From Candidatus Bathyarchaeota archaeon (GTDB taxonomy: Archaea; Thermoproteota; Bathyarchaeia; Bathyarchaeales; Bathycorpusculaceae), in assembly GCA_963739305.1 (NCBI GenBank), contig CAVTZU010000018.1:1-64000 (forward strand): a DNA stretch of 64,000 nt, in the 5' to 3' direction. Below, piece after piece: positions 1 through 9,845 of this stretch (the first letter of the stretch is position 1; each line of letters opens with the position of its first letter). The notes beneath the pieces are model-generated. The model was not told where the DNA came from. It did not search any database and saw only the letters and a program-made list of their open reading frames with translations. Made by a program: the position numbers and the translations under genes.

Positions 1-28
1 CTTATTCGAAAGCGCGCGCTGACGAACA

Positions 29-549
29 ATGAACGCTTCAGAAAGAATTGTTAATGCGTGGCTTCATTCGCAAGGCTACTTCACAATGACGCAACTGACT
101 GTTACATGGAAGACGGGAAATCGACATATTAGCCGTCAAAACTAAAGGCAAGAGACCAAAGCGTCAGCACATCGAAGTTCACGTAAGCATAACACCAATC
201 GGTAGGGTAGTAGTACGAGGGCCCGCGAAGACGTCGAGCGCACCATTTGAAGAGCTTATAGAGGAACTCGTCGAACACTTTTTCATCGGAAAGGATGAAG
301 ACAAACGCGAAAAAGTAATTCAGTTGTTTGGCTCTGATGATTACGAAATGGTACATGTTCGTTCTCGCAGAATTGTTAAAGAGGACATTTCGCTCGAGCG
401 TGTCAAGTCTGAATTCAAAAAGCACAATGTTAGCCTCGTATGGTTCAAGGACGTGCTCAAGGCAACTGAGAGATCATACCAAGACGCAAGGTCGCACATG
501 TTCTGAAGAAGCGCTGAGTTTCGTACAACTGTGTAGAGAGTTTGGATAA
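29..549 (+). pseudogene. PD-(D/E)xK-type endonuclease-like gene, frameshifted
   Basis: ATG at 29 gives MNASERIVNAWLHSQGYFT; after a frame change it reads GRREIDILAVK...QHIEVHVS (E..D..ExH nuclease-like core); second shift near 470-500; TAA at 547-549. Confidence 0.55.
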
Positions 550-685
550 TCCGAGCTTATTGGCAAGTCCTGAGGAAGTCTGAAAGATGCTGGGTTCACA
601 ATATGCGGAGAAGTCTAGCGCGCGCTTAATAGAAACAAGTAGGGGGTGACCTCTCTGGGTTGGAAATGCTGCTCTTTGGCCGTTC

Positions 686-1351
686 TTAGAATTGTTTTCT
701 TTCAAACAGGCCTACTGCTACCGCAACGAGTACACCTGCGACAATCGCCGCTAGTCCAACTGTGAAAAGGGCCCCGTTGGGCAAGTTTACCAGAGTAGGT
801 ACAAGTGGGATGACTGATATCTGGTTCCCTCCATAAATAACCAGTATCGCTCCGACTAAAACAGATGGTGAGGCGACGCCGATGAGTACGCCCGCAGCGC
901 AGGACACAGCCACCATCGAAAGGCCAATTGATAGTGACTGCCCGAGGTTGCCTAAAATTGCTGTTGCAAGTGTGCCTGTTGCAAGGTAGTCTGTTGCTAT
1001 TCCGACAAGAACTGAAATAAGACTTGCTATAGCGACGCACATATACACGGAAAAAAACTTTGCAAGAATTATGTCTCGCCGCTTAAGTGGTCGTATCAGG
1101 AAGAGCTCGTAGACATGCCTGTTCTTTTCGTTAATTAATGAAACCGCTAGCATCACTGAAGCTAGGGTTCCTGCCAGGCTGGAGATCACTAGCGCTGAGA
1201 TAACTGTGAACGAAATGGTTTGCCCCGTGGAGCTTGACTGTACAAAACGGAATAAAATGGTTATGATGGGCAAGCCGATCCAGAGGAAAATCATCACTTT
1301 GGACTTGTAGAATCCTCTTAACTCGTCAACAAAGAGTAAGGACAATTTCAA
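686..1351 (-). CDS. ABC-2 type transporter permease
   Basis: About 6 TM helices; EKNRHVYELFLIRPLKRRDIILAKF ABC-2 motif; overlaps the ATPase gene. Confidence 0.85.
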   Translation of the reverse strand: MKLSLLFVDELRGFYKSKVMIFLWIGLPIITILFRFVQSSSTGQTISFTVISALVISSLAGTLASVMLAVSLINEKNRHVYELFLIRPLKRRDIILAKFFSVYMCVAIASLISVLVGIATDYLATGTLATAILGNLGQSLSIGLSMVAVSCAAGVLIGVASPSVLVGAILVIYGGNQISVIPLVPTLVNLPNGALFTVGLAAIVAGVLVAVAVGLFERKQF

Positions 1352-2319
1352 GCGTCTTCACTGTCCTGAACGTAGTTAAAATAAATCTCATCTAGCGAAG
1401 GAGACAACAAGGTGATGCCTCTCACTTTTATTTTCAAGCGTGCTATGCTCTGGATTATGTCATCGATGACTTCGTCGGCGTCGGCGCCAACCTCAAGGTC
1501 AACCAAGACTCTGCCTGGAGAAGGCTGCTTTGCACCCTTTACGTCTTTAATGGATCTGAACTCTTGCCATTTATCGGTGGAATAGGACAAAAGAACTTCG
1601 ACAACTTTTTGAGGGGACAATCGAGATTTCAACTCGTTTAACGTGCCGATTTGTCTGAGGCGTCCTCGGCTCAAGATTCCGATTCGGTCAGCGATGTCCT
1701 GAACATCACTGAGGATATGTGAGGAGAACAATATGGTTGTGCCTTCCTTTCCCAGTTCGAGGACAATTTCTTTGAATTGATGGCGGCTAAGCGGGTCAAG
1801 TCCACCCAGCGGCTCATCCAAAACCAGTAGCTTCGGATTGTGAAGCAGAGCCTGAGCTAAGCCAACCTTCTGAGTCATGCCGCCGGAAAGCTGGGAAATC
1901 TTCTTGTGTCGCACGTCACTCAGAGAAAGCAAATCCAAGATTTCGGGAATGCGTCCTTCAACTTCCGCATCTTTGAGCCCTGAAAGTTTACCAAAAGTTT
2001 TTAACGCGTGATTCACGGTGCGCCATTCTTGGAACGCAACGTTCTGTGGAAGATATCCCAGTAGTTTATGAATCTCCTCCTTCTTCTTGGGCATTAGGTA
2101 GCCGCCTATTAGCACTTCACCTTGGAAATTGGTGATTAAACCAATGAGAATTTTCATGGTAGTCGTTTTTCCTGCACCATTTGGACCTATGTACCCAAAA
2201 ATCTCTCCTCTTTTGATGTCGAAGGAAACATTGTCCAAAGCGCGGAAGCTGTTGTAGTCTTTTGTTACATTTTTGATTACGACAAAATCGTTGTTGCTGA
2301 CGGAACTGTTACTGCCCAT
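1348..2319 (-). CDS. ABC transporter ATP-binding protein
   Basis: Walker A GPNGAGKTT, signature LSGGM, Walker B LVLDEP, H-loop SSH. Confidence 0.95.
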   Translation of the reverse strand: MGSNSSVSNNDFVVIKNVTKDYNSFRALDNVSFDIKRGEIFGYIGPNGAGKTTTMKILIGLITNFQGEVLIGGYLMPKKKEEIHKLLGYLPQNVAFQEWRTVNHALKTFGKLSGLKDAEVEGRIPEILDLLSLSDVRHKKISQLSGGMTQKVGLAQALLHNPKLLVLDEPLGGLDPLSRHQFKEIVLELGKEGTTILFSSHILSDVQDIADRIGILSRGRLRQIGTLNELKSRLSPQKVVEVLLSYSTDKWQEFRSIKDVKGAKQPSPGRVLVDLEVGADADEVIDDIIQSIARLKIKVRGITLLSPSLDEIYFNYVQDSEDA

Positions 2320-2439
2320 ACTTTCTCCCCCGCGCGTGCTGCCTGACCTTTATGTCATTCCTTTAGTAAAACCAATATGACGCAGATGCGCAAAGAGTGC
2401 CATGCGCTTCTTGAAATGAGTTCTCACTTGGTTATGAGG

Positions 2440-2697
2440 TCAGTGCCCGCTAGGTGGCGGAGGCACTTGACGTGCTTGAACATCAACTTTCCTCCCACAA
2501 TACGGGCAGACCGCATAATCCATTCGGATTTGCGCACCGCAGCCAAGACACGTCCGCATCGGAAGTGGAGCGTTGGGAGTGATGGTAGTGATGGTTTTTG
2601 GTCGAGTAAAGTAGTAAAGAATGGCCGCGGGCCAGCAGAATATTATTAAAATTATCAATATCGCAAGACTATATTCTCTTCTTTCTTCCTGCACCAA
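2440..2697 (-). CDS. small membrane protein with C-terminal zinc ribbon
   Basis: TM hairpin followed by CLGC...CPYC; GGAGG upstream. Confidence 0.75.
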   Translation of the reverse strand: MVQEERREYSLAILIILIIFCWPAAILYYFTRPKTITTITPNAPLPMRTCLGCGAQIRMDYAVCPYCGRKVDVQARQVPPPPSGH

Positions 2698-2777
2698 AAT
2701 TTACCCTCCAACGTTAGCTCTTAGTTGAAAACCTTTTGAATTTAAGCCTTTTTGCAACAATGCATAATGTTAGGGTA

Positions 2778-3260
2778 TTAGTAGCCTCGCATAATATCAT
2801 CCAAGTACGAATCTAGACATTTGGTTTTCAAAGCAACTATGTATATCGAGATTGCGTAGAGTCCAATTATGGACATTGCTACTAGAAACATGCTAACCAT
2901 GCCGTTAATCACTAGCAACAGAAAATATGCCTCTGCGATTCCCAACAGGAGACCTGTGCCTACTCGTATCGAGTTTCTGCTTTCTCTAAGCTTACAGCTT
3001 TGCGTAAGCCAATCAACTGTGGCTGTTATGGGAAGAACCGAGATTAGAGGGAGATAAAGCCACAGAGGAAAGCGAAGCCCAATAAAATAGGCAACAAGTA
3101 CTGCTATTAAACTCGAAAATGTTCCTGTGCACCTAGCACATAAATAAACTTTTTTTCCTCTGAACCCCAAACAAATTGTTCTGTGCAGTCTTTCCGGTGG
3201 ATGATGTGATAACACCAGAAATAGAAGATAGCGCCAGTCATGTTTGACTGTTTTTCTCAA
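2778..3260 (-). CDS. DUF2085-like membrane protein
   Basis: HHPPERLHR...CARCTG, VDWLTQ...RESRNSIRVGTG motifs; multiple TMs. Confidence 0.75.
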   Translation of the reverse strand: MRKTVKHDWRYLLFLVLSHHPPERLHRTICLGFRGKKVYLCARCTGTFSSLIAVLVAYFIGLRFPLWLYLPLISVLPITATVDWLTQSCKLRESRNSIRVGTGLLLGIAEAYFLLLVINGMVSMFLVAMSIIGLYAISIYIVALKTKCLDSYLDDIMRGY

Positions 3261-3347
3261 CTACACACTACCTCGGGCATTTCTTTCTAACGCGTGCGCT
3301 TGCATTCCAACCTAAAGGATTGATGAAGGAGAAAAAACGCTCTCAGT

Positions 3348-4064
3348 TCACGAAAGTCGGTTATCAAGTGCATATCGTCTGTGTGATTCTAGGTTCCGAA
3401 GTGACTTACCAGAATTATCGCATCCAAAGATGTCTACGACGCCGTCACCATTCAAGTCAGCGTAGGGGTTCCAATTTGGAGCGCTCTGAGTACTGCCATA
3501 GGCGTTTGCTAGGATTAATGCATCATAAAGGTCCACGACACTGTCTCCATTGATGTCGCCTATCAGTCTTATATGAACACTCCCGTCCTCACTGTTTGAC
3601 TGCAAAGTCTGCCCTGAAGGGTCAGCAACTACAAGACTATCTATGTGCAAAGAGCTCTGACAGTATCTGTTGTACAGCTTGAAAGTCAAATCTATTATGG
3701 TGACTGGCGAGACAGTGCTCATAGGAGATCCGAAGGTCACGTTAGTGCTCATGAAACCGTTCCCTGACTGGAAGTACGTAGGACTAGGCAAGTTTGCATC
3801 TGGCAGAAAAGATACTCCTACTACTGCTATCTGTGTCCCGTTAAAAATCAGTGTCATTTGCACAGAACCGCAATTGCTTACGTTTTGAATAGTTATGTTT
3901 ATGTGAAATCTCATCCCTTGTGAAGGAGAATTGTTTACTGTGTTGGAGGGCTGGACACTTATCAGCGGCGTCATAGTGACAGAAGAGCTTCCATGAACCA
4001 CCAAGGCGCTCAGTGCCACAACAATGGCGCAAGTCCACAAGACAGCTTTTCGATTTTTCCTCAT
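3348..4064 (-). CDS. secreted cohesin + dockerin domain protein (probable 1-bp frameshift near the C-terminus; true stop about 3389)
   Basis: Signal peptide, cohesin-like beta domain, GDINGDSVVDLYD...ADLNGDGVVDIF dockerin repeats; shifted frame continues DAIILVSHFGT*. Confidence 0.8.
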   Translation of the reverse strand: MRKNRKAVLWTCAIVVALSALVVHGSSSVTMTPLISVQPSNTVNNSPSQGMRFHINITIQNVSNCGSVQMTLIFNGTQIAVVGVSFLPDANLPSPTYFQSGNGFMSTNVTFGSPMSTVSPVTIIDLTFKLYNRYCQSSLHIDSLVVADPSGQTLQSNSEDGSVHIRLIGDINGDSVVDLYDALILANAYGSTQSAPNWNPYADLNGDGVVDIFGCDNSGKSLRNLESHRRYALDNRLS

Positions 4065-4170
4065 CGTACCACCTCCTCTTTTCTCCCGAAGAACAAGAAC
4101 AAAATATGGTTTGAATGGACTTTTACGGTTTGTGGAAAAGAGTTCTAGATGCAGGTTAGCGCGCGCGCTT

Positions 4171-4188
4171 GGGGTAAAACTTTACCCC
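4171..4188. repeat. palindromic site GGGGTAAA-AC-TTTACCCC (copy 1)
   Basis: Perfect 8-bp inverted repeat around a central AC, preceded by AGCGCGCGCGCT at 4158-4169. Confidence 0.85.
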
Positions 4189-4203
4189 CAAACCCAAAAA
4201 AAG

Positions 4204-4692
4204 CTATGTCCTTTCAGGGCTTCTTCTCCGCCGAATAATTACAATGACAACTGCGATTATTACAACTATTATTGTGATTAGCAGAATAATCGTCAACGGA
4301 CTGAAAATCTGCACAAAAAATGAGTTTATTACTATCACTGGAAAATTGACCAAGGACGCATTAGCTGGTCCAGTAACAGCAAACTGATAGTTCACTTGCT
4401 CATAAACACCGAACACGTTTGGTGCAATGACATCATAGTTAATTGAACCGTACGGAGGAACATCTCTACGCTCACTCTGTCCCTGCATCTGCACCTGAAT
4501 AGGAAAGGAGTTGTTGTTGAAGATCCAAAAACGAAAATATGCGCCTTCACTCACTATGTGCGCGCCTTCGACGTCGATTCCTTCCAGTGGAGGTCCAGAA
4601 GGGTCGCATCGTCCGAGTGGTTGCGCCAGAATGATAAATGACAACAAACAAGAGAACGTCAACAAAGCGACTATGAATAGACTAACTCTCAA
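4204..4692 (-). CDS. hypothetical exported, C-terminally anchored protein
   Basis: Signal peptide and C-terminal TM followed by RRRR. Confidence 0.7.
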   Translation of the reverse strand: MRVSLFIVALLTFSCLLSFIILAQPLGRCDPSGPPLEGIDVEGAHIVSEGAYFRFWIFNNNSFPIQVQMQGQSERRDVPPYGSINYDVIAPNVFGVYEQVNYQFAVTGPANASLVNFPVIVINSFFVQIFSPLTIILLITIIVVIIAVVIVIIRRRRSPERT

Positions 4693-4737
4693 ATCGAACC
4701 CTCTCCAAATATATCAACACGTTTAGAGCATATTATT

Positions 4738-4873
4738 CTATGTTTTAGAACAGTTGGCAATTCTGGGAGTCCATGTTTGTCTTTCATTTCTCAGATATTG
4801 AGCAAACAGTAAAGCTTCTTCTGAAATCAGAGTTTCAATTTCTTGCTGAGAACTCATTCTCATTCTTCTAATT
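4738..4873 (-). pseudogene. cas1: solo cas1 3'-terminal remnant (copy 1)
   Basis: IRRMRMSSQQEIETLISEEALLFAQYLRNERQTWTPRI aligns with the C-terminus of the 9381-9791 remnant. Confidence 0.75.
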
Positions 4874-4952
4874 GTCTTGTCCCTCGCATGGCTGAATCCA
4901 TTTCTACACAGGCCCATTTTCCATAATCCACCCGTCAGCCCGCAGCAGCAGC

Positions 4953-4975
4953 GTAAAACTTTACCCCAACCAAAC
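4953..4975. repeat. palindromic site (copy 2) GTAAAACTTTACCCCAACCAAAC
   Basis: Same TAAA-AC-TTTA core as 4175. Confidence 0.8.
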
Positions 4976-5030
4976 AAGGTGCGGAAAAGTTATAGTTGTT
5001 CAATAATAAACTGCTACATTGGTGTCCAGA

Positions 5031-5588
5031 TTGCTCGAAGGGAAAAAGGTGAATCTGCGAATGATGGAAAAGGAAGATGTCAACTCCATAGTGGACATTT
5101 TCAGCAACATTCATTCAGAAGACTTTGACCCTATCTCGCTGATGACAAGGTCGGAGATGATGAAAAGATTCGAAAATCCTTCCCCTCTGGAAAGCCTGAC
5201 TCAGAATACGCTTCTTGTGGTGGAGAAGAAAGACAAAGTGAAAATTGGAATCGCCAGACATTTCATCGTGCAACCGCTCGACGCAATGGAAATTGGTTAC
5301 ATCATTGTTCCGTCGGAAAGAAAGAAAGGTAATGGAACCGAGACCGCTCAGATCATGGTCGACTACCTGTTTCTCTCTCGAAACATCGTACGAATACAAG
5401 CGACTGTCGAAACCCAAAACATGGCGTCACAAAGAGTGTTAGAGAAGGTAGGTTTCAGCAGGGAAGGAACCCTTCGAAGAGCCGGGTTCATGAGTGGAAA
5501 GTGGGTAGATGGCTATCTTTACAGCATTCTCAGAGAAGAATGGAAAGAACCCACGATACTAACACGAACAACCTGGGAAATGGAATAA
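5031..5588 (+). CDS. GNAT N-acetyltransferase (RimJ/RimL family)
   Basis: EIGY...ERKKGNGTE...NMASQRVLEKVGFSREG; paralog of 11550-12092; its stop TAA is the start of site copy 3 (TAAAACTTTAC, 5586-5596). Confidence 0.9.
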   Translation: MLEGKKVNLRMMEKEDVNSIVDIFSNIHSEDFDPISLMTRSEMMKRFENPSPLESLTQNTLLVVEKKDKVKIGIARHFIVQPLDAMEIGYIIVPSERKKGNGTETAQIMVDYLFLSRNIVRIQATVETQNMASQRVLEKVGFSREGTLRRAGFMSGKWVDGYLYSILREEWKEPTILTRTTWEME

Positions 5589-5699
5589 AACTTTACAGCC
5601 AAAATCCCAGCAACCGAAGAAGAAGCGAATCAACGAGCTGCAGGTCAGCGCCGAAGCCGGTGAAGGAGGCATATGACAAGGCGGGGTTTGAATGAATGG

Positions 5700-6398
5700 T
5701 TAAAGTATCGTCTCTGGGACTGGCTTTAAGTCGCAGTAGTAGAACCTGTTCTCCCTTCTGACTATGCTCCCCTTCTCAAACTGGATGTTTTTTCCAAATA
5801 TCGGCCCTGCGTATGTAAATGAGTGGAACTCCCCGTTTTCACCACAAGGGTCTACCGCAGACGGGAGTTCCGCCAGAAACCCGTCATCAAACTCCCTTCC
5901 AGCAAAACTCCTGCTTAAAACTTTTGAGTCGATGCAAACCACGATTGCCTTGAAGCCGGTCTTGATGAACTCGCGAGCCATGCTGCTCGTATCCTTTCTC
6001 TTCCAAATAGGGAATAATGCTTTCATTCCAATTCTCGCAAGCTTTTCTTCCCTGTACTTCCTCAGGTCTTCCAAGAAAATGTCCCCAAAAACTACTGCCG
6101 AAACCCCCTGCTTCTTCTGGCGCAGGAGGACTTCCCCCATCCTCTTTTCGTACTCCTCATTCGAGAAGTCTTTTGGAACGCTCACTTCTTCCAACGGCAA
6201 GTCTAGGGATGCGGCTTGTTTTTCGATCAAAGCCTTCCGGACGCCGTGCATGCTGACGCGATCATATTCTTCGGAAAAAGTCGTCAACAGTAAAACTACT
6301 TCAAAACCGTCAGCCTTTCGGAATTCGTGAAGGGCAAATGCGCTGTCCTTGCCCCCGCTCCAAGAAAAAATGACTTTTTGCGGCGCTGCAACAACCAT
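5700..6398 (-). CDS. PP-loop ATPase, diphthine-ammonia ligase/MJ0570-like family
   Basis: SWSGGKDS PP-loop, VFGDIFL, DPCGENGEFHSF. Confidence 0.88.
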   Translation of the reverse strand: MVVAAPQKVIFSWSGGKDSAFALHEFRKADGFEVVLLLTTFSEEYDRVSMHGVRKALIEKQAASLDLPLEEVSVPKDFSNEEYEKRMGEVLLRQKKQGVSAVVFGDIFLEDLRKYREEKLARIGMKALFPIWKRKDTSSMAREFIKTGFKAIVVCIDSKVLSRSFAGREFDDGFLAELPSAVDPCGENGEFHSFTYAGPIFGKNIQFEKGSIVRRENRFYYCDLKPVPETIL

Positions 6399-6516
6399 AC
6401 TATTAGTCTCTGCATGGAGTTATGGATTTTGGCTTTTATAAACACACTTTCGTGCCTAATTCTATAAGGAAAGGGTTTTCTGCAAGTTAAAGTGAATCTC
6501 CTTGGTGGCACTAGCA

Positions 6517-7215
6517 ATGAAGAAGCGGGTCATATTAGTTGGTATAGTTCTTGTGGCATTTGGTGTCATCACGTACGCGATTTTTTCATCAATCATTTTT
6601 TCGCAAACAATAGCTGTGAACGAGTCATTTACAGTGTTGGCCGGTTCCAACGTTCCCAGTTCTTTTCATCTTCCTAATAATGCAGATGTCTCTGGAACAA
6701 TAAATCAAGTTACAGGTCAAACAACGAATGACATAGACTTCTACGTATTTGACAGAGCAAACTATCAAGTTTGGGCTAATGGCGGGCAGAGTAGTGTCTG
6801 GTACATCAAGATTTACAGAGCAACGAGTGGTGCGACATTCAACTTCAGAACAGCCAAGGATGACGACTATTATTTTGTATTTGACAATCCTGGGGTTTTG
6901 TTCAATGGTGAAAGAGCAATCGTTTGGTCTGCTTCATATGAATATAAACCCTATGGACCGTTTGCCTTACCCATTCTTATTTCATTTGTCGCCGTAGGAG
7001 CAATTCTTGTAGCAGGCACAAGTATTTTGGAACTTAAGCACAGAATGGAAAAACTTCGCACTTGCCCAAGATGTGGTCGAAGGATTCCTATTGAGAAAAC
7101 GATATGCCCGCATTGTGGCTTTGACATCGAGAAATCTGTCCAATGCAAATACTGTCACACTTTCTACGATAGTTCTATGCTGAAGTGTCCAAACTGTGGA
7201 GCGCAAAATAAGTAA
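6517..7215 (+). CDS. membrane protein with extracellular beta domain and double zinc ribbon
   Basis: Two TMs, YYFVFDN motif, four CxxC pairs at the C-terminus. Confidence 0.8.
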   Translation: MKKRVILVGIVLVAFGVITYAIFSSIIFSQTIAVNESFTVLAGSNVPSSFHLPNNADVSGTINQVTGQTTNDIDFYVFDRANYQVWANGGQSSVWYIKIYRATSGATFNFRTAKDDDYYFVFDNPGVLFNGERAIVWSASYEYKPYGPFALPILISFVAVGAILVAGTSILELKHRMEKLRTCPRCGRRIPIEKTICPHCGFDIEKSVQCKYCHTFYDSSMLKCPNCGAQNK

Positions 7216-7426
7216 GCGTGCGCGCAACGCAACTTCTCCAAAGTTGTAGATTATGTTTGCGCAGTAGCGAGCGCGCGAGCAAGAACAAGACGTATAGCGA
7301 AAGAAGAGGACAGAAGATACGTTAAAAAACCCGTCCAAACAGAATATTATGATCATTGGGTGACACGTTGCGCCAAAATCCAGACTGAGCAATTTTCTCG
7401 CAAAAGCTCATCGCGTCCTAAAAGGC

Positions 7427-8002
7427 GTGTATAACGCACTGTACGGCTTTGTCCTGCACATTTTCAAAAGCATCAACCGAAGAATCAATCCGAGATTCCC
7501 AGTTTACCGTATGCATGAAGAAACAACTGAACACGTACGACACGCCGTCTACGTATTCATCTGGCTAATCCTACCATCGAGCATAATCTACCTGTTAGGA
7601 CTCCAATTAGCCTTCGGCGAAAACGCATGGGGCTCAATGCTCTGGGGAATAGCGGTCTACTTCTACAGCAACTTCCTACCGGACTTACCCTCAATCAACC
7701 GAAAACAAAAGCTCAAACCCGGATCCACCGACCTTGCGTGGTATAAGAAATACGCACTGCTCCTCTTCGCACCTGTGCTTGTCTGGCTTCTATTCTCCGA
7801 AATACGGTTGAACTGGAGAACTGTTGAAACATACCACAACTTCACATCACTTGCTATCTACGGCATTTTTCTTTTCACGATAGGCTTCTTCGGATTCGCC
7901 GGCTACCCTTTCATACCACGAGATCTCCTCAAGGTCCTATTTTTCGCGTCTGCAGGAATCGCAGGGTTTCTGACCCATTTGAAGGTCGACCAGATCTGGT
8001 GA
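7427..8002 (+). CDS. membrane protein, putative metal-binding hydrolase
   Basis: HVRH, LPDL, YHNF, THLKVD motifs among TMs. Confidence 0.6.
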   Translation: MYNALYGFVLHIFKSINRRINPRFPVYRMHEETTEHVRHAVYVFIWLILPSSIIYLLGLQLAFGENAWGSMLWGIAVYFYSNFLPDLPSINRKQKLKPGSTDLAWYKKYALLLFAPVLVWLLFSEIRLNWRTVETYHNFTSLAIYGIFLFTIGFFGFAGYPFIPRDLLKVLFFASAGIAGFLTHLKVDQIW

Positions 8003-8072
8003 CGACGCGTTCTCACACAAAATATATCCTTTAAGCCAAGCCATATACTCCGCCAAAAGTCGTGTCTTACCC

Positions 8073-9380
8073 GTGTTTGATCCAGTGACCTTGGCTCTTA
8101 TCATCGGCGGCGCAATAATAGTAATAGGTTTTCTTAGTAACTACCTTCTCGAACGCACGGGCTTACCAGACATGTTGTTCCTGGTGGTCCTAGGTATACT
8201 CGTTGGACCAGTAACGGGACTGATAGATGCGACTACCGTTATGGGTTTTGCTCCCTACTTAGCTGGTCTAGCATTGATTTTTATTTTGTTTGATGGGGGA
8301 ATGACCATGAACATCTACCACGTCTTCTCCGAAAGCCCAAGGGCAATAATCCTCGCAGCACTAGGATTCACGATCAGCGCTGTCGTCGCCGGTTTCCTGA
8401 TTTATTTGCTAGTGATCCCAACTTTCTCGCCTCTGTACTCTGCACTTTTCGGAACGATTGTCGGAGGAAGCAGCAGCATCATTGTCATGTCACTCGCCTC
8501 ACGAATCAAGCTCAGCGAAAAAGGTTCAACGGTCCTCCGTCTCGAATCAGCCATCAACGACATCCTATGCATTGTACTCTCCCTCGTCATCATCGAAATA
8601 ATAGTACTCGGAGGAACCGTCGACGTACCGACCATCGCTAGGTCATTAGCAAGCAGGTTCTCCATCGGAGCCATGCTCGGAATAATCATCGGCATCGGCT
8701 GGCTTAGCATTCTGAAACGAATCGCGAAGGCATCTTACTCCTACATGCTTACCCTCGGCATTGCACTACTTGCCTACTCACTCTCAGAAACGCTGGGCGG
8801 AAGTGGAGCGCTCTGTTCACTACTTTTCGGCATTATGCTCGGCAACGAAAAAGAAATCTTCGGAATACTCAAGATGAAAAAGCCGCAGGATCAGGCTGTC
8901 GACCCTGGACTAAAACGGTTCGAATCAGAAATAGCCTTCCTCCTAAGAGCCTTCTTCTTTGTCTACATAGGTTTGATCGTCACGATGCCCAGTCTCACTA
9001 CCGTCGTTGTCGGGGTAGTGCTGGCCCTAGCCCTGCTCTTGATCAGATTCGGAGTCGTAAACCTGGCCACGATAAAGAGCAAACTGGCGCCAGAAAGAGG
9101 AATCATGAGCGTCTTACTTACGAGAGGCCTAGCTTCGGCCGTGCTGGCCACACTCACACTCCAGTACGCAGATCAAGTCAAATATCCAGAAATAGGCCTA
9201 GTTTTCCAAAAGCTTTCACCGCTCTACGTCAACATAACGGTCGTCGTGATACTGGCAACAGCATTAATTGCGACAGTAGGAATTCCACTTCTGAGGTGGA
9301 GAAACAATCACAACAAGGCGAACAATCAGGCAACTGAACAAACACCATCTCAAACGAAGAGAAACAAAGGTGAGTCCTAG
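8073..9380 (+). CDS. cation:proton antiporter (CPA1/NhaP-like)
   Basis: 12-13 TMs; LFDGG, LESAIND, TRGLASAVLA motifs. Confidence 0.92.
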   Translation: MFDPVTLALIIGGAIIVIGFLSNYLLERTGLPDMLFLVVLGILVGPVTGLIDATTVMGFAPYLAGLALIFILFDGGMTMNIYHVFSESPRAIILAALGFTISAVVAGFLIYLLVIPTFSPLYSALFGTIVGGSSSIIVMSLASRIKLSEKGSTVLRLESAINDILCIVLSLVIIEIIVLGGTVDVPTIARSLASRFSIGAMLGIIIGIGWLSILKRIAKASYSYMLTLGIALLAYSLSETLGGSGALCSLLFGIMLGNEKEIFGILKMKKPQDQAVDPGLKRFESEIAFLLRAFFFVYIGLIVTMPSLTTVVVGVVLALALLLIRFGVVNLATIKSKLAPERGIMSVLLTRGLASAVLATLTLQYADQVKYPEIGLVFQKLSPLYVNITVVVILATALIATVGIPLLRWRNNHNKANNQATEQTPSQTKRNKGES

Positions 9381-9791
9381 CAACTAATCAAAGCAAAACT
9401 ACAACCTTATCTTGGTTTTCTCCACGGTATGGCCAAAGGAAAGCCCAGTTTGATCTGTGACTTCATGGAATTGTATCGTTATCTAGTTGATGATTTTGTT
9501 ATTCAGTATTGCAGAAAACTGAAGAGGAAAGATTTCACTGTGAAATCAAAAGACTCTTCGACAAAACGGAAGGGTAAGAGGGAGTATCTGAACGATTCTG
9601 AGACGCACGATTTTGTCAGGGCTCTGAATCAGTACTTCCAAACCAAAATCGGGATGCCGAGAGTTAGAATGGGTGAACGACAAGAGATTGAAACGCTAAT
9701 CAATGAAGAGGCTTTGCTGTTTGCAGCATATTTGAGGAATGAAAAGCAAACATGGGCTCCTAGAATCACCATCCCATCCGTTTCTGATTAG
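9381..9791 (+). pseudogene. cas1: solo cas1 C-terminal remnant (copy 2)
   Basis: In-frame LIKAKLQPYLGFLHGMAKGKPSLICDFMELYR contains the Cas1 GFLH...SLxxD.ME..R catalytic segment; N-terminal part of the gene absent. Confidence 0.85.
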
Positions 9792-9845
9792 GAGCGCGCG
9801 CTTGCTATTTTCTACTTCGAAAATTTCTTCAAGAGAAAAAAAGGG

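Noticed and set aside
4738-4977. 79-aa ORF as a real gene
   Set aside because: Its N-terminal half is translated palindromic site and junction DNA; only the last ~45 codons are cas1-derived.
8073-9791. Amber read-through fusion of the antiporter and the Cas1 C-terminus (same frame across TAG 9378-9380)
   Set aside because: One-in-three chance of being in frame, no pyrrolysine genes in the window, and no plausible function.
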